Source: Terriglobia bacterium
GTDB lineage: Bacteria > Acidobacteriota > Terriglobia > Acidiferrales > UBA7541
Assembly: GCA_041500985.1 (NCBI GenBank)
Contig: JBGQNE010000016.1
Coordinates: 3,372-67,371, forward strand
Direction of reading: 5' to 3'
Length of the DNA: 64,000 bases
Positions 9,760 to 19,537 of the stretch are shown here, one piece after another (positions within the stretch are counted from its first letter, which is position 1; each line of letters opens with the position of its first letter). The position numbers were made by a program, and so were the translations under genes. A model generated the notes under the pieces. The model did not search any database. It was not told the origin of the DNA and worked only from the letters and a program-made list of their open reading frames with translations.

Positions 9760-10473
9760 ATGGCCAATCGAGCGACTCTGCGGGTGTGGACGCGGGACTT
9801 CAGCGAGGCGGCGCTGATTGAGCAGTTCGTGCGCTTCCTGGCGGCCGTGCCGCATTCCGAGGCGGAGAAACATTTCACGCAGCTGATGGTGCAGCCCATT
9901 GACTCGGCGGAAACGCCGATCGCGGAATGGAATCTGCGCGGGGAAAATTTCGGGCCGGCGGAGACCGTGGCGCTGGCCCTGCAGTATATCAATAGCGATA
10001 CCGCGTACTTCGTTTCCGCGCTGTGGGACCTGTGGCAATTCGACCTGGAAAGCATGAAATGGCGGCAGAGTCCGTCCCCGCTCCTGCTGGCCTGCCATGG
10101 GCCGGAATACGACGGCGGGATTGCCGAATCCGAGGGGAATTTCCAGGTGGACCTGGGCTTCGAGCACTTGTTCACCGGCCATGGCGGGCTGCTGCGGGCG
10201 GCGGGAAAACCCGCGCTGCAACTGGCGGGCGAGGCGGCAGCGCCGGTGGTTCTGCCGGGAGCGGAAGACCCCGTGGAGCACACTTTTATTCGCTGGATGG
10301 CCACCGAAGACAACCGCCGCGAATATCACCGAAAGACTCGGGAGAACATCCAACAGTTATTCGACTGGATGGCGACGATCGAGCGGGCGCTGCCGGTGGA
10401 GCGGATGGAACTCACGAGCGAGGGCGAGGAAAATTTCGAGGCGCGGCTGGATGAGATTTATGGCCATTCCTAG
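9760..10473 (+). CDS. Hypothetical protein
   Basis: 237-aa ORF with coding-like composition; TATAAT at 9748-9753, 6 nt before the ATG. Confidence 0.8.
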   Translation: MANRATLRVWTRDFSEAALIEQFVRFLAAVPHSEAEKHFTQLMVQPIDSAETPIAEWNLRGENFGPAETVALALQYINSDTAYFVSALWDLWQFDLESMKWRQSPSPLLLACHGPEYDGGIAESEGNFQVDLGFEHLFTGHGGLLRAAGKPALQLAGEAAAPVVLPGAEDPVEHTFIRWMATEDNRREYHRKTRENIQQLFDWMATIERALPVERMELTSEGEENFEARLDEIYGHS

Positions 10474-10485
10474 AGCGAGGCTGCG

Positions 10486-11103
10486 GTGAAAACGGCCAGG
10501 ACCATGGTGCACAATTCCCTGCTCTGCTGCGCGGCGGCATTGGCGCTGGCGGGCTGCGGAGCGGACAATCCGGACGGAGGCAAGACCATCTCCGGCCCCG
10601 TCGCCATTGCCAAGCCGGAAGCGCCGGCCACGCCGCCGGAGATTCTCGCGGCGGCCAAAGCGCTGATGGGAACTGAAGCGCAGGTGCTGGCGTTCGGCGA
10701 TCTGGCGCGCACGGGCAAGCGGCAGTTTTTGGCGGCCAACGTGGTGCCGAAAACGCCGACCAACAATATTCCGGGGACGATTGTGACGCGGGCCGCGGTG
10801 GCCGAAGAATCCGGCGGCAAGTGGAACGAAGTGCTGATTTGCGACGGGCACCTGAAGAACTTGAAAGGGTATTTGGGGCTGACACCGATTGCCGCGGTGA
10901 ATGGGTGGAAGCTGCAGTATGAGCAGGACCCCAAGAAGGGGCTGACTCTGTATTTTACGCCGCTGCAAGGGGGCGCAACGCAGCACGTCCTGCCGATTGG
11001 AGTGCAGTGGAATCCGGAGACGAAGCGTTACCAGTCGCTGGACCAGACTTTTCAGAATTTTTTGATTGAGTCGCCATCCCTCGAAAGGGGACAATCCCGC
11101 TAG
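10486..11103 (+). CDS. Putative lipoprotein
   Basis: Lipobox LAGC after a hydrophobic stretch. Confidence 0.8.
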   Translation: MKTARTMVHNSLLCCAAALALAGCGADNPDGGKTISGPVAIAKPEAPATPPEILAAAKALMGTEAQVLAFGDLARTGKRQFLAANVVPKTPTNNIPGTIVTRAAVAEESGGKWNEVLICDGHLKNLKGYLGLTPIAAVNGWKLQYEQDPKKGLTLYFTPLQGGATQHVLPIGVQWNPETKRYQSLDQTFQNFLIESPSLERGQSR

Positions 11104-11104
11104 C

Positions 11105-13048
11105 ATGAGCAAGAGCGCTACAGCCGCTTCGGCGGAAAAGAACAAAGCGGCCGCGCGGGTCTCCGCCTGGAAAAATCTTCAGGGGCTGGTTCCCTACCTG
11201 GGACGCTACCGCGGGAGCATCGCACTGGGTTTCCTGACGCTGGCGCTGATGGGTGCGTTTGGCAGCCTGGTTCCGCTGTCCACCGGAGTGATTACGGACA
11301 CGCTGGCGGGAAGCGCGCAGCCTTTCACGCACACCGCCGCGCCCGGAGTGATCCTGGCGCGGGCTTCCTGGCTCAGCCGCACGGTTCCCTTCTATGCGCC
11401 GCACAGCCGGCATACGCTACTGGTCTACTGCGGGCTGCTGATCCTCTTCGTGGCGCTCAAGGGAATTTTTTCCTTCCTGACGCGGATGGTGCTCATCGGC
11501 GTTTCACGGGACATCGAATACGACCTGCGCAACGACCTGGTGGGGCGGCTGGTCCTGCTGGAGCCGGAGTTCTACGTGCGCAACCGCACGGGCGAGCTGA
11601 TGTCGCGCGCGACCAACGACCTGAACGCGGTGCGCATGGTGCTGGGCCCGGGCATCATGTACAGCGCGACGACGATCGTAACCATGATGCTGGCCGTCGG
11701 CATCATGCTGCAGTTATCGCCGTCGCTGACGCTGTGGGTGCTGCTGCCGGTGCCCATCGTGGCCGTGGCGGTGCGCCATTTCGGCAAGGTCATCCACGAT
11801 CTGTATGAAAAGATTCAATCGTCGCTGGCAGCGCTTTCCGCGCGGGCCCAGGAGAATCTTTCCGGAGTGCGGGTGATCCGCGCCTACGCGCAGGAAGAAG
11901 CGGAGATCCGCGCTTTCGACCAGCCCAACCGGGAGTACGTGAACCGCAACATCCTGCTGATCCGCACCTGGAGCATGTTCATGCCCTCGCTGCAGGCGCT
12001 GATCGGGACGACCTTCCTGATCGTGCTGTGGAAGGGCGGCTCGCAGGTCATTCGCCACGAAGTCTCCATCGGCTCCTTCGTGGCCTTCTTCACCTATCTG
12101 GGCGTGCTGGTATGGCCGATGATCGCTCTGGGATGGGTGACCAACATTTTCCAGCGCGGGGCGGCTTCCATGGGCCGGCTCAATTTTATTTTGAAGGCGG
12201 AGCCGAACATTGACGACCGCGGCGCGAGCGTGCCCGCGGAGACGGAACCGCGCGGCGAAATCGAATTCCGCAACCTGACTTTTTCCTATCCCACCACGCT
12301 TTCGGGAAACGGCGCGAACGGCAAAGAGGCGGCCAACGGCGAGCGCGACGCGCACGTGCTGAGCAACATCACCCTGCGCATCCCGGCAGGCTCGACACTG
12401 GCCATCGTGGGGCCCACCGGATGCGGAAAATCCACGCTGGCGGCGCTGGTGGCGCGGCTCTGGGAGGCGCCCGAAGGCAGTGTGGCGCTGGACGGGCGGC
12501 CGCTGCGCGAATGGCCGCTGGCCACGCTGCGCAAATCCATCGGCTACGTGCCGCAGGACGCTTATCTTTTCAGCGAGACGATTGGCGAGAACATCGCCTT
12601 CGGCATTCCCGAGGCGGACCCGGAGCGGGTGCGGCGCGCGGGGAAAATCGCCAGCCTGGACGGGGACATCCAGGGCTTTCCCGAAGGATACGACACGGTG
12701 GTCGGGGAGCGCGGCATCACGCTTTCCGGGGGACAGAAGCAGCGCACGGCGATCGCGCGGGCGGTGATCCGCGATCCGCGAATCTTGATCCTGGATGATG
12801 CGCTTTCGAGCGTGGACACGCAGACGGAAGAGCGCATTCTGAGCGAGCTGCGCGAGGTGATGCGCGGGCGCACCACGCTGCTGATTTCGCATCGCTGCTC
12901 GACGGTGCGCGACGCCGACCAGATCGTGGTGCTGCGCGAAGGGCGGATTGTCGAGCAGGGCACGCACAGCCAGTTGCTGGCCACCGCCGGCTATTACGCG
13001 GACCTGTACCAGAAGCAATTGCTGGAGGAAGAGCTCGAACGCGCATGA
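11105..13048 (+). CDS. Heterodimeric ABC exporter subunit A (TMD+NBD)
   Basis: GPTGCGKS, LSGGQ, Walker B LILDD (non-canonical Asp); several TM segments. Confidence 0.93.
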   Translation: MSKSATAASAEKNKAAARVSAWKNLQGLVPYLGRYRGSIALGFLTLALMGAFGSLVPLSTGVITDTLAGSAQPFTHTAAPGVILARASWLSRTVPFYAPHSRHTLLVYCGLLILFVALKGIFSFLTRMVLIGVSRDIEYDLRNDLVGRLVLLEPEFYVRNRTGELMSRATNDLNAVRMVLGPGIMYSATTIVTMMLAVGIMLQLSPSLTLWVLLPVPIVAVAVRHFGKVIHDLYEKIQSSLAALSARAQENLSGVRVIRAYAQEEAEIRAFDQPNREYVNRNILLIRTWSMFMPSLQALIGTTFLIVLWKGGSQVIRHEVSIGSFVAFFTYLGVLVWPMIALGWVTNIFQRGAASMGRLNFILKAEPNIDDRGASVPAETEPRGEIEFRNLTFSYPTTLSGNGANGKEAANGERDAHVLSNITLRIPAGSTLAIVGPTGCGKSTLAALVARLWEAPEGSVALDGRPLREWPLATLRKSIGYVPQDAYLFSETIGENIAFGIPEADPERVRRAGKIASLDGDIQGFPEGYDTVVGERGITLSGGQKQRTAIARAVIRDPRILILDDALSSVDTQTEERILSELREVMRGRTTLLISHRCSTVRDADQIVVLREGRIVEQGTHSQLLATAGYYADLYQKQLLEEELERA

Positions 13049-14919
13049 GCAATCCGCACGAAGAAGAAGCCCTCGGAAAAGCATACGACTCGCGGCTGAT
13101 GCGGCGCCTGCTGCAATACCTGCGGCCGTACCGCTGGCGCGTGGTCATCGCGCTGGGGCTGACCGCGGTGGTGATTCCCCTGGAACTGGCGCCGCCGGCG
13201 CTTTTCAAGATTGCGCTGGACCGCTTCATTACCCCTGGCACCACGGGCCTGATCGCCAGCGCCCAGGCGTATCGAGGTATCTTTTGGATCAGTATGATCT
13301 TCCTGGCGGTTCTCGCCTCGGACTTTCTCGCGCAATACGTGCAGATCCGCATCATGCAGCGCGTGGGGCAGCAGACCATGTTCGACATGCGCGGGGAAAT
13401 CTTCGCGCACCTGCAGCGCCTGCCCATGAGCTATTTCGACCGCAACCCGGTGGGGCGGCTGGTGACCCGCGTGACCACGGACGTGGACGCGCTGAATGAC
13501 CTGTTCGCGGCGGGCGTGGTCACCATGATCAACGATTTCTGCCTGCTGGCGGTGATGGCCGGGCTGCTGCTCTATCTGAACTGGCGGCTGGCGCTGGCGG
13601 CGCTGGCGGTGCTGCCCTGCATCCTGCTGGTCACCTATTTTTTCCGGAATTTCGTGCGCGAGGCCAACCGCAAAATTCGCACGGCCATCGCGCGCATCAA
13701 TTCCTTCCTGCAGGAATACATCAGCGGGATGAGCACGGTGCAGCTCTTCAACCGCGAGTCCAAGGCCAAGCAGGAGTTCGCCAAACGCAACCGCGAGCAC
13801 ATGCTGGCCTACAAGGACGCCATCCTGGCCTTCGCGCTGTTCTATCCGGCGGTCGAGTTTCTGGGCGTGGCGGCGATTGCCCTGCTCTTCTGGTTCGGGG
13901 GGCTGAGCATCCTGAAGGGGACGCTGACGCTGGGGCTGCTGGTGGCGTTCATGCAATACGCGCAGCGGTTTTTCCGGCCCATCCAGGATTTGAGCGAGAA
14001 ATTCAATATTCTGCAATCGGCCATGGCCGCTTCCGAACGCATTTTCAAGCTGCTGGACGAGCCCGCCACCATCACCAACGCCGCCGGAGCGCGGTCGCTC
14101 GAAGCGCCGCGCGGGGAGATCGAATTCCGCAACGTGTGGTTTTCCTACCGCACCAACGGAGAGCCCACGGACGAAGATTGGGTGCTGCGCGACGTCTCCT
14201 TCCGCGTGGCCCCGGGGCAGACGGCGGCCATCGTGGGGCACACCGGCGCGGGCAAGACCACGCTGATTTCGCTGCTGCTGCGATTCTACGACGTGCAGCG
14301 CGGCGCGATTCTGCTCGACGGCGTGGATATCCGCCTGCTCGACCAGCAGGACCTGCGGCGGCATTTCGGCATCGTGCTGCAAGATCCCTTCCTGTTCAGC
14401 GGAACCATCGAGAGCAACGTGCGCCTGGGCACGGAAGGAATTTCCCGTGAGGACGCCGAGCGGGCGCTCGATGAGATCGGCCTGGGCGATTTGATCGCTT
14501 CGCTTTCCGAAGGAGTGGCCACGACCGTCAGCGAACGCGGGGCCACGTTCTCGGTGGGCCAGCGGCAGCTGATCAGCTTTGCGCGCGCGCTGGCGCATAA
14601 CCCGCGCTTCCTGATTCTGGACGAAGCCACCTCCAGCGTGGACACCAAGACCGAACTGCTCATCCGCGAGGCGCTGGACCGCCTGCTGGCCGGGCGCACG
14701 GCTCTGGTGATCGCGCACCGCCTGAGCACGATTCAACACGCGGCGAAAATTCTGGTCTTCCACAAAGGGCGCCTGCGCGAGCAGGGCGCGCACCAGGAAC
14801 TGCTGGCGCAGCGCGGCATCTATCACCGGCTCTACCAACTGCAATATAAGGAGCAGGAGCTGCGCCTGCCCGCCGGTGCGGGCGGCGCGCAGTTTGCTGC
14901 GCAACCCGCCAATGACTGA
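13045..14919 (+). CDS. Heterodimeric ABC exporter subunit B (TMD+NBD)
   Basis: GHTGAGKT, degenerate signature FSVGQ, LILDEAT, IAHR; ATGA overlap with subunit A. Confidence 0.93.
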   Translation: MSNPHEEEALGKAYDSRLMRRLLQYLRPYRWRVVIALGLTAVVIPLELAPPALFKIALDRFITPGTTGLIASAQAYRGIFWISMIFLAVLASDFLAQYVQIRIMQRVGQQTMFDMRGEIFAHLQRLPMSYFDRNPVGRLVTRVTTDVDALNDLFAAGVVTMINDFCLLAVMAGLLLYLNWRLALAALAVLPCILLVTYFFRNFVREANRKIRTAIARINSFLQEYISGMSTVQLFNRESKAKQEFAKRNREHMLAYKDAILAFALFYPAVEFLGVAAIALLFWFGGLSILKGTLTLGLLVAFMQYAQRFFRPIQDLSEKFNILQSAMAASERIFKLLDEPATITNAAGARSLEAPRGEIEFRNVWFSYRTNGEPTDEDWVLRDVSFRVAPGQTAAIVGHTGAGKTTLISLLLRFYDVQRGAILLDGVDIRLLDQQDLRRHFGIVLQDPFLFSGTIESNVRLGTEGISREDAERALDEIGLGDLIASLSEGVATTVSERGATFSVGQRQLISFARALAHNPRFLILDEATSSVDTKTELLIREALDRLLAGRTALVIAHRLSTIQHAAKILVFHKGRLREQGAHQELLAQRGIYHRLYQLQYKEQELRLPAGAGGAQFAAQPAND

Positions 14920-14961
14920 AGCCGCGCGCGGGCCATTTTCCTCCGCAAGGATTTCTCCGCA

Positions 14962-16110
14962 ATGAAGCCCGCGCCGATTCTGCTCTCCGCCGGAGAGGCC
15001 TCCGGGGACATGTACGCGGCACGGCTGGCCACGGCGCTGCGGCAGCGGGCCAACGTGGAACTTTTTGGCATGGGCGGGCCGGCCATGCGCGCGGCGGGCG
15101 TGGAGATCATCGCGGAGCAATCCGAAGTGGCCGTGGTGGGAATCACGGAAGTGCTGCGGCACCTGCCCTCGCTGCTGCGGGCCATGCGCCGGCTGGTGGC
15201 GGAGAGCGCGCGGCGCAAACCGGCGCTGGCCATCCTCACCGATTTCCCGGGCTTCCATCTGCGCCTGGCGAGAAAACTGCTCCCGCAGGGCGTGCGCAAT
15301 GTCTATTTCATCTGCCCGCAGTTCTGGGCGTGGCGGCCGTGGCGCGTGCGCATCCTGCGGCGGAGATTCGCGCTGGGGCTGTGCATTTTCCCCTTCGAGG
15401 AACAATTCTTTGGCGATGCGGCTTTTCCCGTGAAGTTCATCGGGCACCCGCTGGCCGGAGAAGTGCGCGCCACGCGCAGCCGCGAAGAGTTTTGCAGGGA
15501 CGCGGGGATCGATCCCGGCAAGCCGATTGTGACGCTGCTGCCGGGGAGCCGTTTGGGAGAGATTGCGCGGCACATGCCCGTGCTGCGCGAGGCCTGCGCG
15601 AGGATTGCCAAATCGGCGGCGGCGCAGTTCGTCCTGGCAGCGGCGCCGGGAGTCAGCGAGGAAATGCTGCGGCGGGGATGGCCCGCGGGTGTACCCGTGC
15701 ACGTGGCCGGCGGGCAGACCTACGATGCGCTGGCGGCCGCGGACGTGGCCATCGTCTCCAGCGGCACGGCCACGGTGGAAACGGCCTTGCTCGATACGCC
15801 GATGGTGGTGGTCTACCGCGTGAGCGCGCTGACCGCGCTGCTGGCCAAGCCGCTGGTGCGCACGCCATTTTTCAGCATGGTCAATCTCATCGCGGGGCGC
15901 AAAGTCGTGCCCGAGTTGATCCAGAAGGATTTTACGGCCGCGCGCCTGGCGGACGAGGCGCTGCGCCTGCTGGGCAGCGAAGCCGCGCGCGCCGAGCAGC
16001 GCCGCGGGCTGGCAGAGGTGCGCGAGCGGCTGGGCCCGGCGGGGGCCGTCGAGCGCGCTGCCGATGCCATTGTGCAATTTCTGGCAACAGAGACAGGCAA
16101 CGCTGGGTAA
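14962..16110 (+). CDS. lpxB: Lipid-A-disaccharide synthase
   Basis: AGEASGD, DFPGFHL, PQFWAWR, FPFE, LLPGSR, SGTATVE, PELIQ. Confidence 0.97.
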   Translation: MKPAPILLSAGEASGDMYAARLATALRQRANVELFGMGGPAMRAAGVEIIAEQSEVAVVGITEVLRHLPSLLRAMRRLVAESARRKPALAILTDFPGFHLRLARKLLPQGVRNVYFICPQFWAWRPWRVRILRRRFALGLCIFPFEEQFFGDAAFPVKFIGHPLAGEVRATRSREEFCRDAGIDPGKPIVTLLPGSRLGEIARHMPVLREACARIAKSAAAQFVLAAAPGVSEEMLRRGWPAGVPVHVAGGQTYDALAAADVAIVSSGTATVETALLDTPMVVVYRVSALTALLAKPLVRTPFFSMVNLIAGRKVVPELIQKDFTAARLADEALRLLGSEAARAEQRRGLAEVRERLGPAGAVERAADAIVQFLATETGNAG

Positions 16111-16166
16111 GTGTTTGCTATCTTAAGAGGGTAGCCCGCACGCCTTCAAAAAAGGACGGAACCGCT

Positions 16167-18374
16167 TTGCGCCGACAGACCGCAACTTTCGCACTGGCCA
16201 TTTTGCCCGCGCTGCTCCTCGGATGGGGCGCGGAGACGCGCGCGCAGCAGCCTCGCCCGCCGAGCTTTCGCGCCGAGCACTACGAAATTTCGGCTTCGCT
16301 CGACTCCGTCGGCCAGGCCATCAATGCCACGGCGCGCGTGACGTTTATCGCGCAAGAGGCTTCGCGCAACGTGGAAGTCGAATTGCACCCCAATCTGGTC
16401 GTGGCCGGCATCAAGGGCGAGGACGGCAAGGGCGTGCCCTTCGAGCGCAACCGCGAGAATCCGCTGCTGCTGCGCGCGACGCTGCCCGTCACCGTGGCCG
16501 TGGGCGGCAAGGTGACGCTGACCTACACCTATTCCGGCGTGCTGGCCAACGAAGAGAACAGCCCGGTGCCGGGCGTGCGCGTGGCTTCGATCACCCGTGA
16601 ATACGCTTATCTTCTGCTGCCCTCGCGCTGGTTTCCGCTGACCGGCTTCCCTTCCAGCCGCTACACCGCGAACTTCCGGCTGGAAGTGCCGGACAGCTAC
16701 GCCGTCGCCGGAACGGGCAAGGCCGAAACGCCCACGCCGCTGGGCAATCACGGCGGAGCGGCGGGCGGGCGGCTGCTCTACGTTTTTCACTGCGACAAGC
16801 CGGGCCCGGTGGGAACGTTCATCGCGGGCAAACTGCAATTCCAGCCGCAGCAGGCCGAGGGCGTGAACGTGACCGTGTACTCCCCGCCCTCCTTCGCCTC
16901 CAGCGCAAAAGCGATGGCCGCGGATGTGGGCCGCGCGGTGAATACATTCTCCGATCTCTTCGGGCCCATCGAAGATCCGCACATGACCATCATTCAGATG
17001 GCCGACGGAACGCTGCGCTCCTTTGCCGCGCCCGGCGTGATTGTGCTGAGCCAGCGCGCCTGGGACTCCAAGGGCAGCGAGCGCACGATCGCCGGTCTGG
17101 TCGCGGCGCAGTGGTGGGGCAGCAGCGTGCTGCCGGCCACCGCGGCCGACACATGGATCAGCGACGGCCTGGCGCGCTATTCCGAAGCGCTCGACGCCGA
17201 GCAGTCCGCGGGACGCGAGGCCGGGCTGCGCGCCGTGGACGATTTTGCCGTGGGCGCGCTGATGTACGAGGACGCTTCGCCCATCAGCCAGGCGCAGACG
17301 CTGGCGCCCGGATCGAGCGAGTATCGCTCGGTGGTGCAGAACAAGGGAGCGATGGTCTTCCACATGCTCCGCGCGCAGATGGGCGACGAACCCTTCAAGG
17401 AGTTGCTGCGCGAGTTTTACGCCAAGTACGCCGGGAAGACCGCGCGCGTCGAGGATTTCGAGGCCCTGGCCATCGAGAAGGCCGATACCCTCGCCGCGGC
17501 GCAGCGCGCCAAAGCGGCCGCCGCGCCACCCTCCGCAAAGTCTTCCGCTGCGGCGGAGAAACCCGCGCCGAACCTGCGCCCCTTTTTCGCGCAGTGGCTG
17601 AATTCCACGGGCGTTCCCGAATTCACCATCGATTTCATCGTCTACCGCACGCCGCGCGGATTCCGCGTGGTGGGCAAGATCAAGCAGCCCATTGACACCT
17701 TCAGCATGCCGGTGGAGCTGCGCATCGAGACCGAAGGAAATCCCGAAACGAAGACGATTCAGGTCGTGGGAACGGAGACGCAATTTGCCGTGGAGACCTT
17801 CGGGCGGCCCAAGCCTGGCGGAATTAAGATCGATCCCAACAACATTATTTTGAAGGCCAGCGTGCCCCTGCGCGCACGCGCGGCCATCGCCCGCGGCGAG
17901 GAACTGGCCGAACTGGGCCGCTACTTCGACGCCATCGCGCAATACCAGAAAGCGCTGACCATCCAGCCCAACCGCCCGCTGGCCAATTTCCGCATGGGCG
18001 AGGCCTTCTTCTACCAGAAAAACTATCAGGCCGCGGCCAACTCCTTCCGCGAATCCATCCAGGGAGTTCCCGAACTTTCCGAGAAGTGGACGGAAGTGTG
18101 GTCGCACATCTACCTGGGAAAAATCTTCGACCTGATGGGGCAGCGCGAACGCGCCGTCAACGAATACAGCAAGGCCAAGCAGACCAACGACAACACCGGC
18201 GGCGCGCAGGCGGAAATCGAGCGGCTGCTGCGCAAGGCCTACAGCGAAGGCGGCGCGGCTGACGCCGCTCCGGCCAGCGGCGCGAAATCTCCCGAGCCGG
18301 CCGTCCCCCCGCCGGCCAATGGCAAACCCGTCCTGAAGAAGCGCGACGATCCCGCGCCGCCGCCGCAACCCTGA
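16167..18374 (+). CDS. Secreted M1 aminopeptidase-like protein lacking HExxH, with C-terminal TPRs
   Basis: TTG start after AAGGA; signal peptide; AGLVAAQWWG..WISDGLARY and KGAMVFHMLR; TPR helices. Confidence 0.8.
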   Translation: MRRQTATFALAILPALLLGWGAETRAQQPRPPSFRAEHYEISASLDSVGQAINATARVTFIAQEASRNVEVELHPNLVVAGIKGEDGKGVPFERNRENPLLLRATLPVTVAVGGKVTLTYTYSGVLANEENSPVPGVRVASITREYAYLLLPSRWFPLTGFPSSRYTANFRLEVPDSYAVAGTGKAETPTPLGNHGGAAGGRLLYVFHCDKPGPVGTFIAGKLQFQPQQAEGVNVTVYSPPSFASSAKAMAADVGRAVNTFSDLFGPIEDPHMTIIQMADGTLRSFAAPGVIVLSQRAWDSKGSERTIAGLVAAQWWGSSVLPATAADTWISDGLARYSEALDAEQSAGREAGLRAVDDFAVGALMYEDASPISQAQTLAPGSSEYRSVVQNKGAMVFHMLRAQMGDEPFKELLREFYAKYAGKTARVEDFEALAIEKADTLAAAQRAKAAAAPPSAKSSAAAEKPAPNLRPFFAQWLNSTGVPEFTIDFIVYRTPRGFRVVGKIKQPIDTFSMPVELRIETEGNPETKTIQVVGTETQFAVETFGRPKPGGIKIDPNNIILKASVPLRARAAIARGEELAELGRYFDAIAQYQKALTIQPNRPLANFRMGEAFFYQKNYQAAANSFRESIQGVPELSEKWTEVWSHIYLGKIFDLMGQRERAVNEYSKAKQTNDNTGGAQAEIERLLRKAYSEGGAADAAPASGAKSPEPAVPPPANGKPVLKKRDDPAPPPQP

Positions 18375-18400
18375 AGCGCGGCCACGCCGCCGGCCTGCAG

Positions 18401-19537
18401 CTAAACGATTCCGGCGAGACCCGTCAGCCGCGCTCCGTGCACGCCCTTCTGCTGAATGAGCACGCGGAAGCGGCCACCCATTCCTTCGGGAAAAATCAGC
18501 GTCTTCAGCAGCAGGCGCGCGCGCACTCGCTCGGCTTCGCTTGCGCCCGGCTCGTAGAGATCCTCGAACTCGTTGCCCTTCCCCAGCGCCATCAGAAACT
18601 CCGTCTGCGAAACCGTGCCCAGCGGTTCCAGCCCTCCGCGCGCGCCCCATTGCTCCAGCGCGGTGAAATTCACGTGCGCGGTCAAATCCTGCTCGCCGGG
18701 CGCGCCGTAATAATCCTCGTCGGCGCGGTGCTCGCGGTAAGCCAGCAGCGTTCCGCGCATGTGGAACGCGTCGAAAAGTTCCGCGGCGGGCAGGCCGTAG
18801 TCCACCGTAAGCAGAAATCCGCGCTCGATGCGCCGGGCGATTTCCGTGATCCAGTCGCAGGCTTCCAGTCCCGCCTCCGCCTGCTGACCCTCGCGCAGAG
18901 AAATTCCCTGCGCGGAAAAATATTCGGTGATGGCGCAAGTGGAAAGCGGAGCGAGAATCTCTTCGAATTTCCCTTGCGCCCCGCCGACGAACAGTTCCTG
19001 GAGCGTCCCGTCCCGCTGCACCACGCGATGCACCGGAAGCGCGTCCAGCAGCTCATTCGAAAACAGGCAGCCCGCGGAAATCCGCGCGGGCACTTCCATC
19101 GCCACATCGCCGCGGCCCGCGGCGATGTGCCGCGCCAGGCGCTCGGCGGCTTGCGCCCGCCGCCCATTGGAACGCTCGACCGCCGCGTATTTCAGCGCCG
19201 CGTAAAGTTCCGGCAGGCGCGCTTCCGCGAAGTCCAGTACGTGCCCGGCCAGCCGCCCCACGCCCGCGCCCGCTTCGACGATCTGAAACTCGGCCGGACG
19301 GCCCAACTGCTCCCACATTTCCGCGAACTGCCGCGCCAGCAAGCGCCCGAAAATCGGATGCACGTCCACGCTGGTGTAGTAGTCGGCGAAACGCCGTACT
19401 TCGGCCCGGCTGTAATAGCCCAACAGCGGATGGTACAGGCATTCGCGCATGTAATCGGCGAAGGTGAGGGGGCCCTGGCGGCGGATGCGTTCGAAAAGCA
19501 GCGCGGAGAGACTGGGGGCGGACGAAGGGCTGCTCAT
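18401..19537 (-). CDS. SAM-dependent methyltransferase, MidA/NDUFAF7 family
   Basis: CLYHPLLGYY, DYYTS, EAGAGVG, SNELLDALP, VDYG, QDLTAHVNF. Confidence 0.92.
   Translation of the reverse strand: MSSPSSAPSLSALLFERIRRQGPLTFADYMRECLYHPLLGYYSRAEVRRFADYYTSVDVHPIFGRLLARQFAEMWEQLGRPAEFQIVEAGAGVGRLAGHVLDFAEARLPELYAALKYAAVERSNGRRAQAAERLARHIAAGRGDVAMEVPARISAGCLFSNELLDALPVHRVVQRDGTLQELFVGGAQGKFEEILAPLSTCAITEYFSAQGISLREGQQAEAGLEACDWITEIARRIERGFLLTVDYGLPAAELFDAFHMRGTLLAYREHRADEDYYGAPGEQDLTAHVNFTALEQWGARGGLEPLGTVSQTEFLMALGKGNEFEDLYEPGASEAERVRARLLLKTLIFPEGMGGRFRVLIQQKGVHGARLTGLAGIV

Noticed and set aside
7465-10353. Very long antisense or alternate-frame ORFs (also 12994-16077, 16146-18938, 28912-31824, 44570-47380, 56162-58576)
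   Set aside because: Shadows of high-GC codon bias on recognisable genes; no protein motifs
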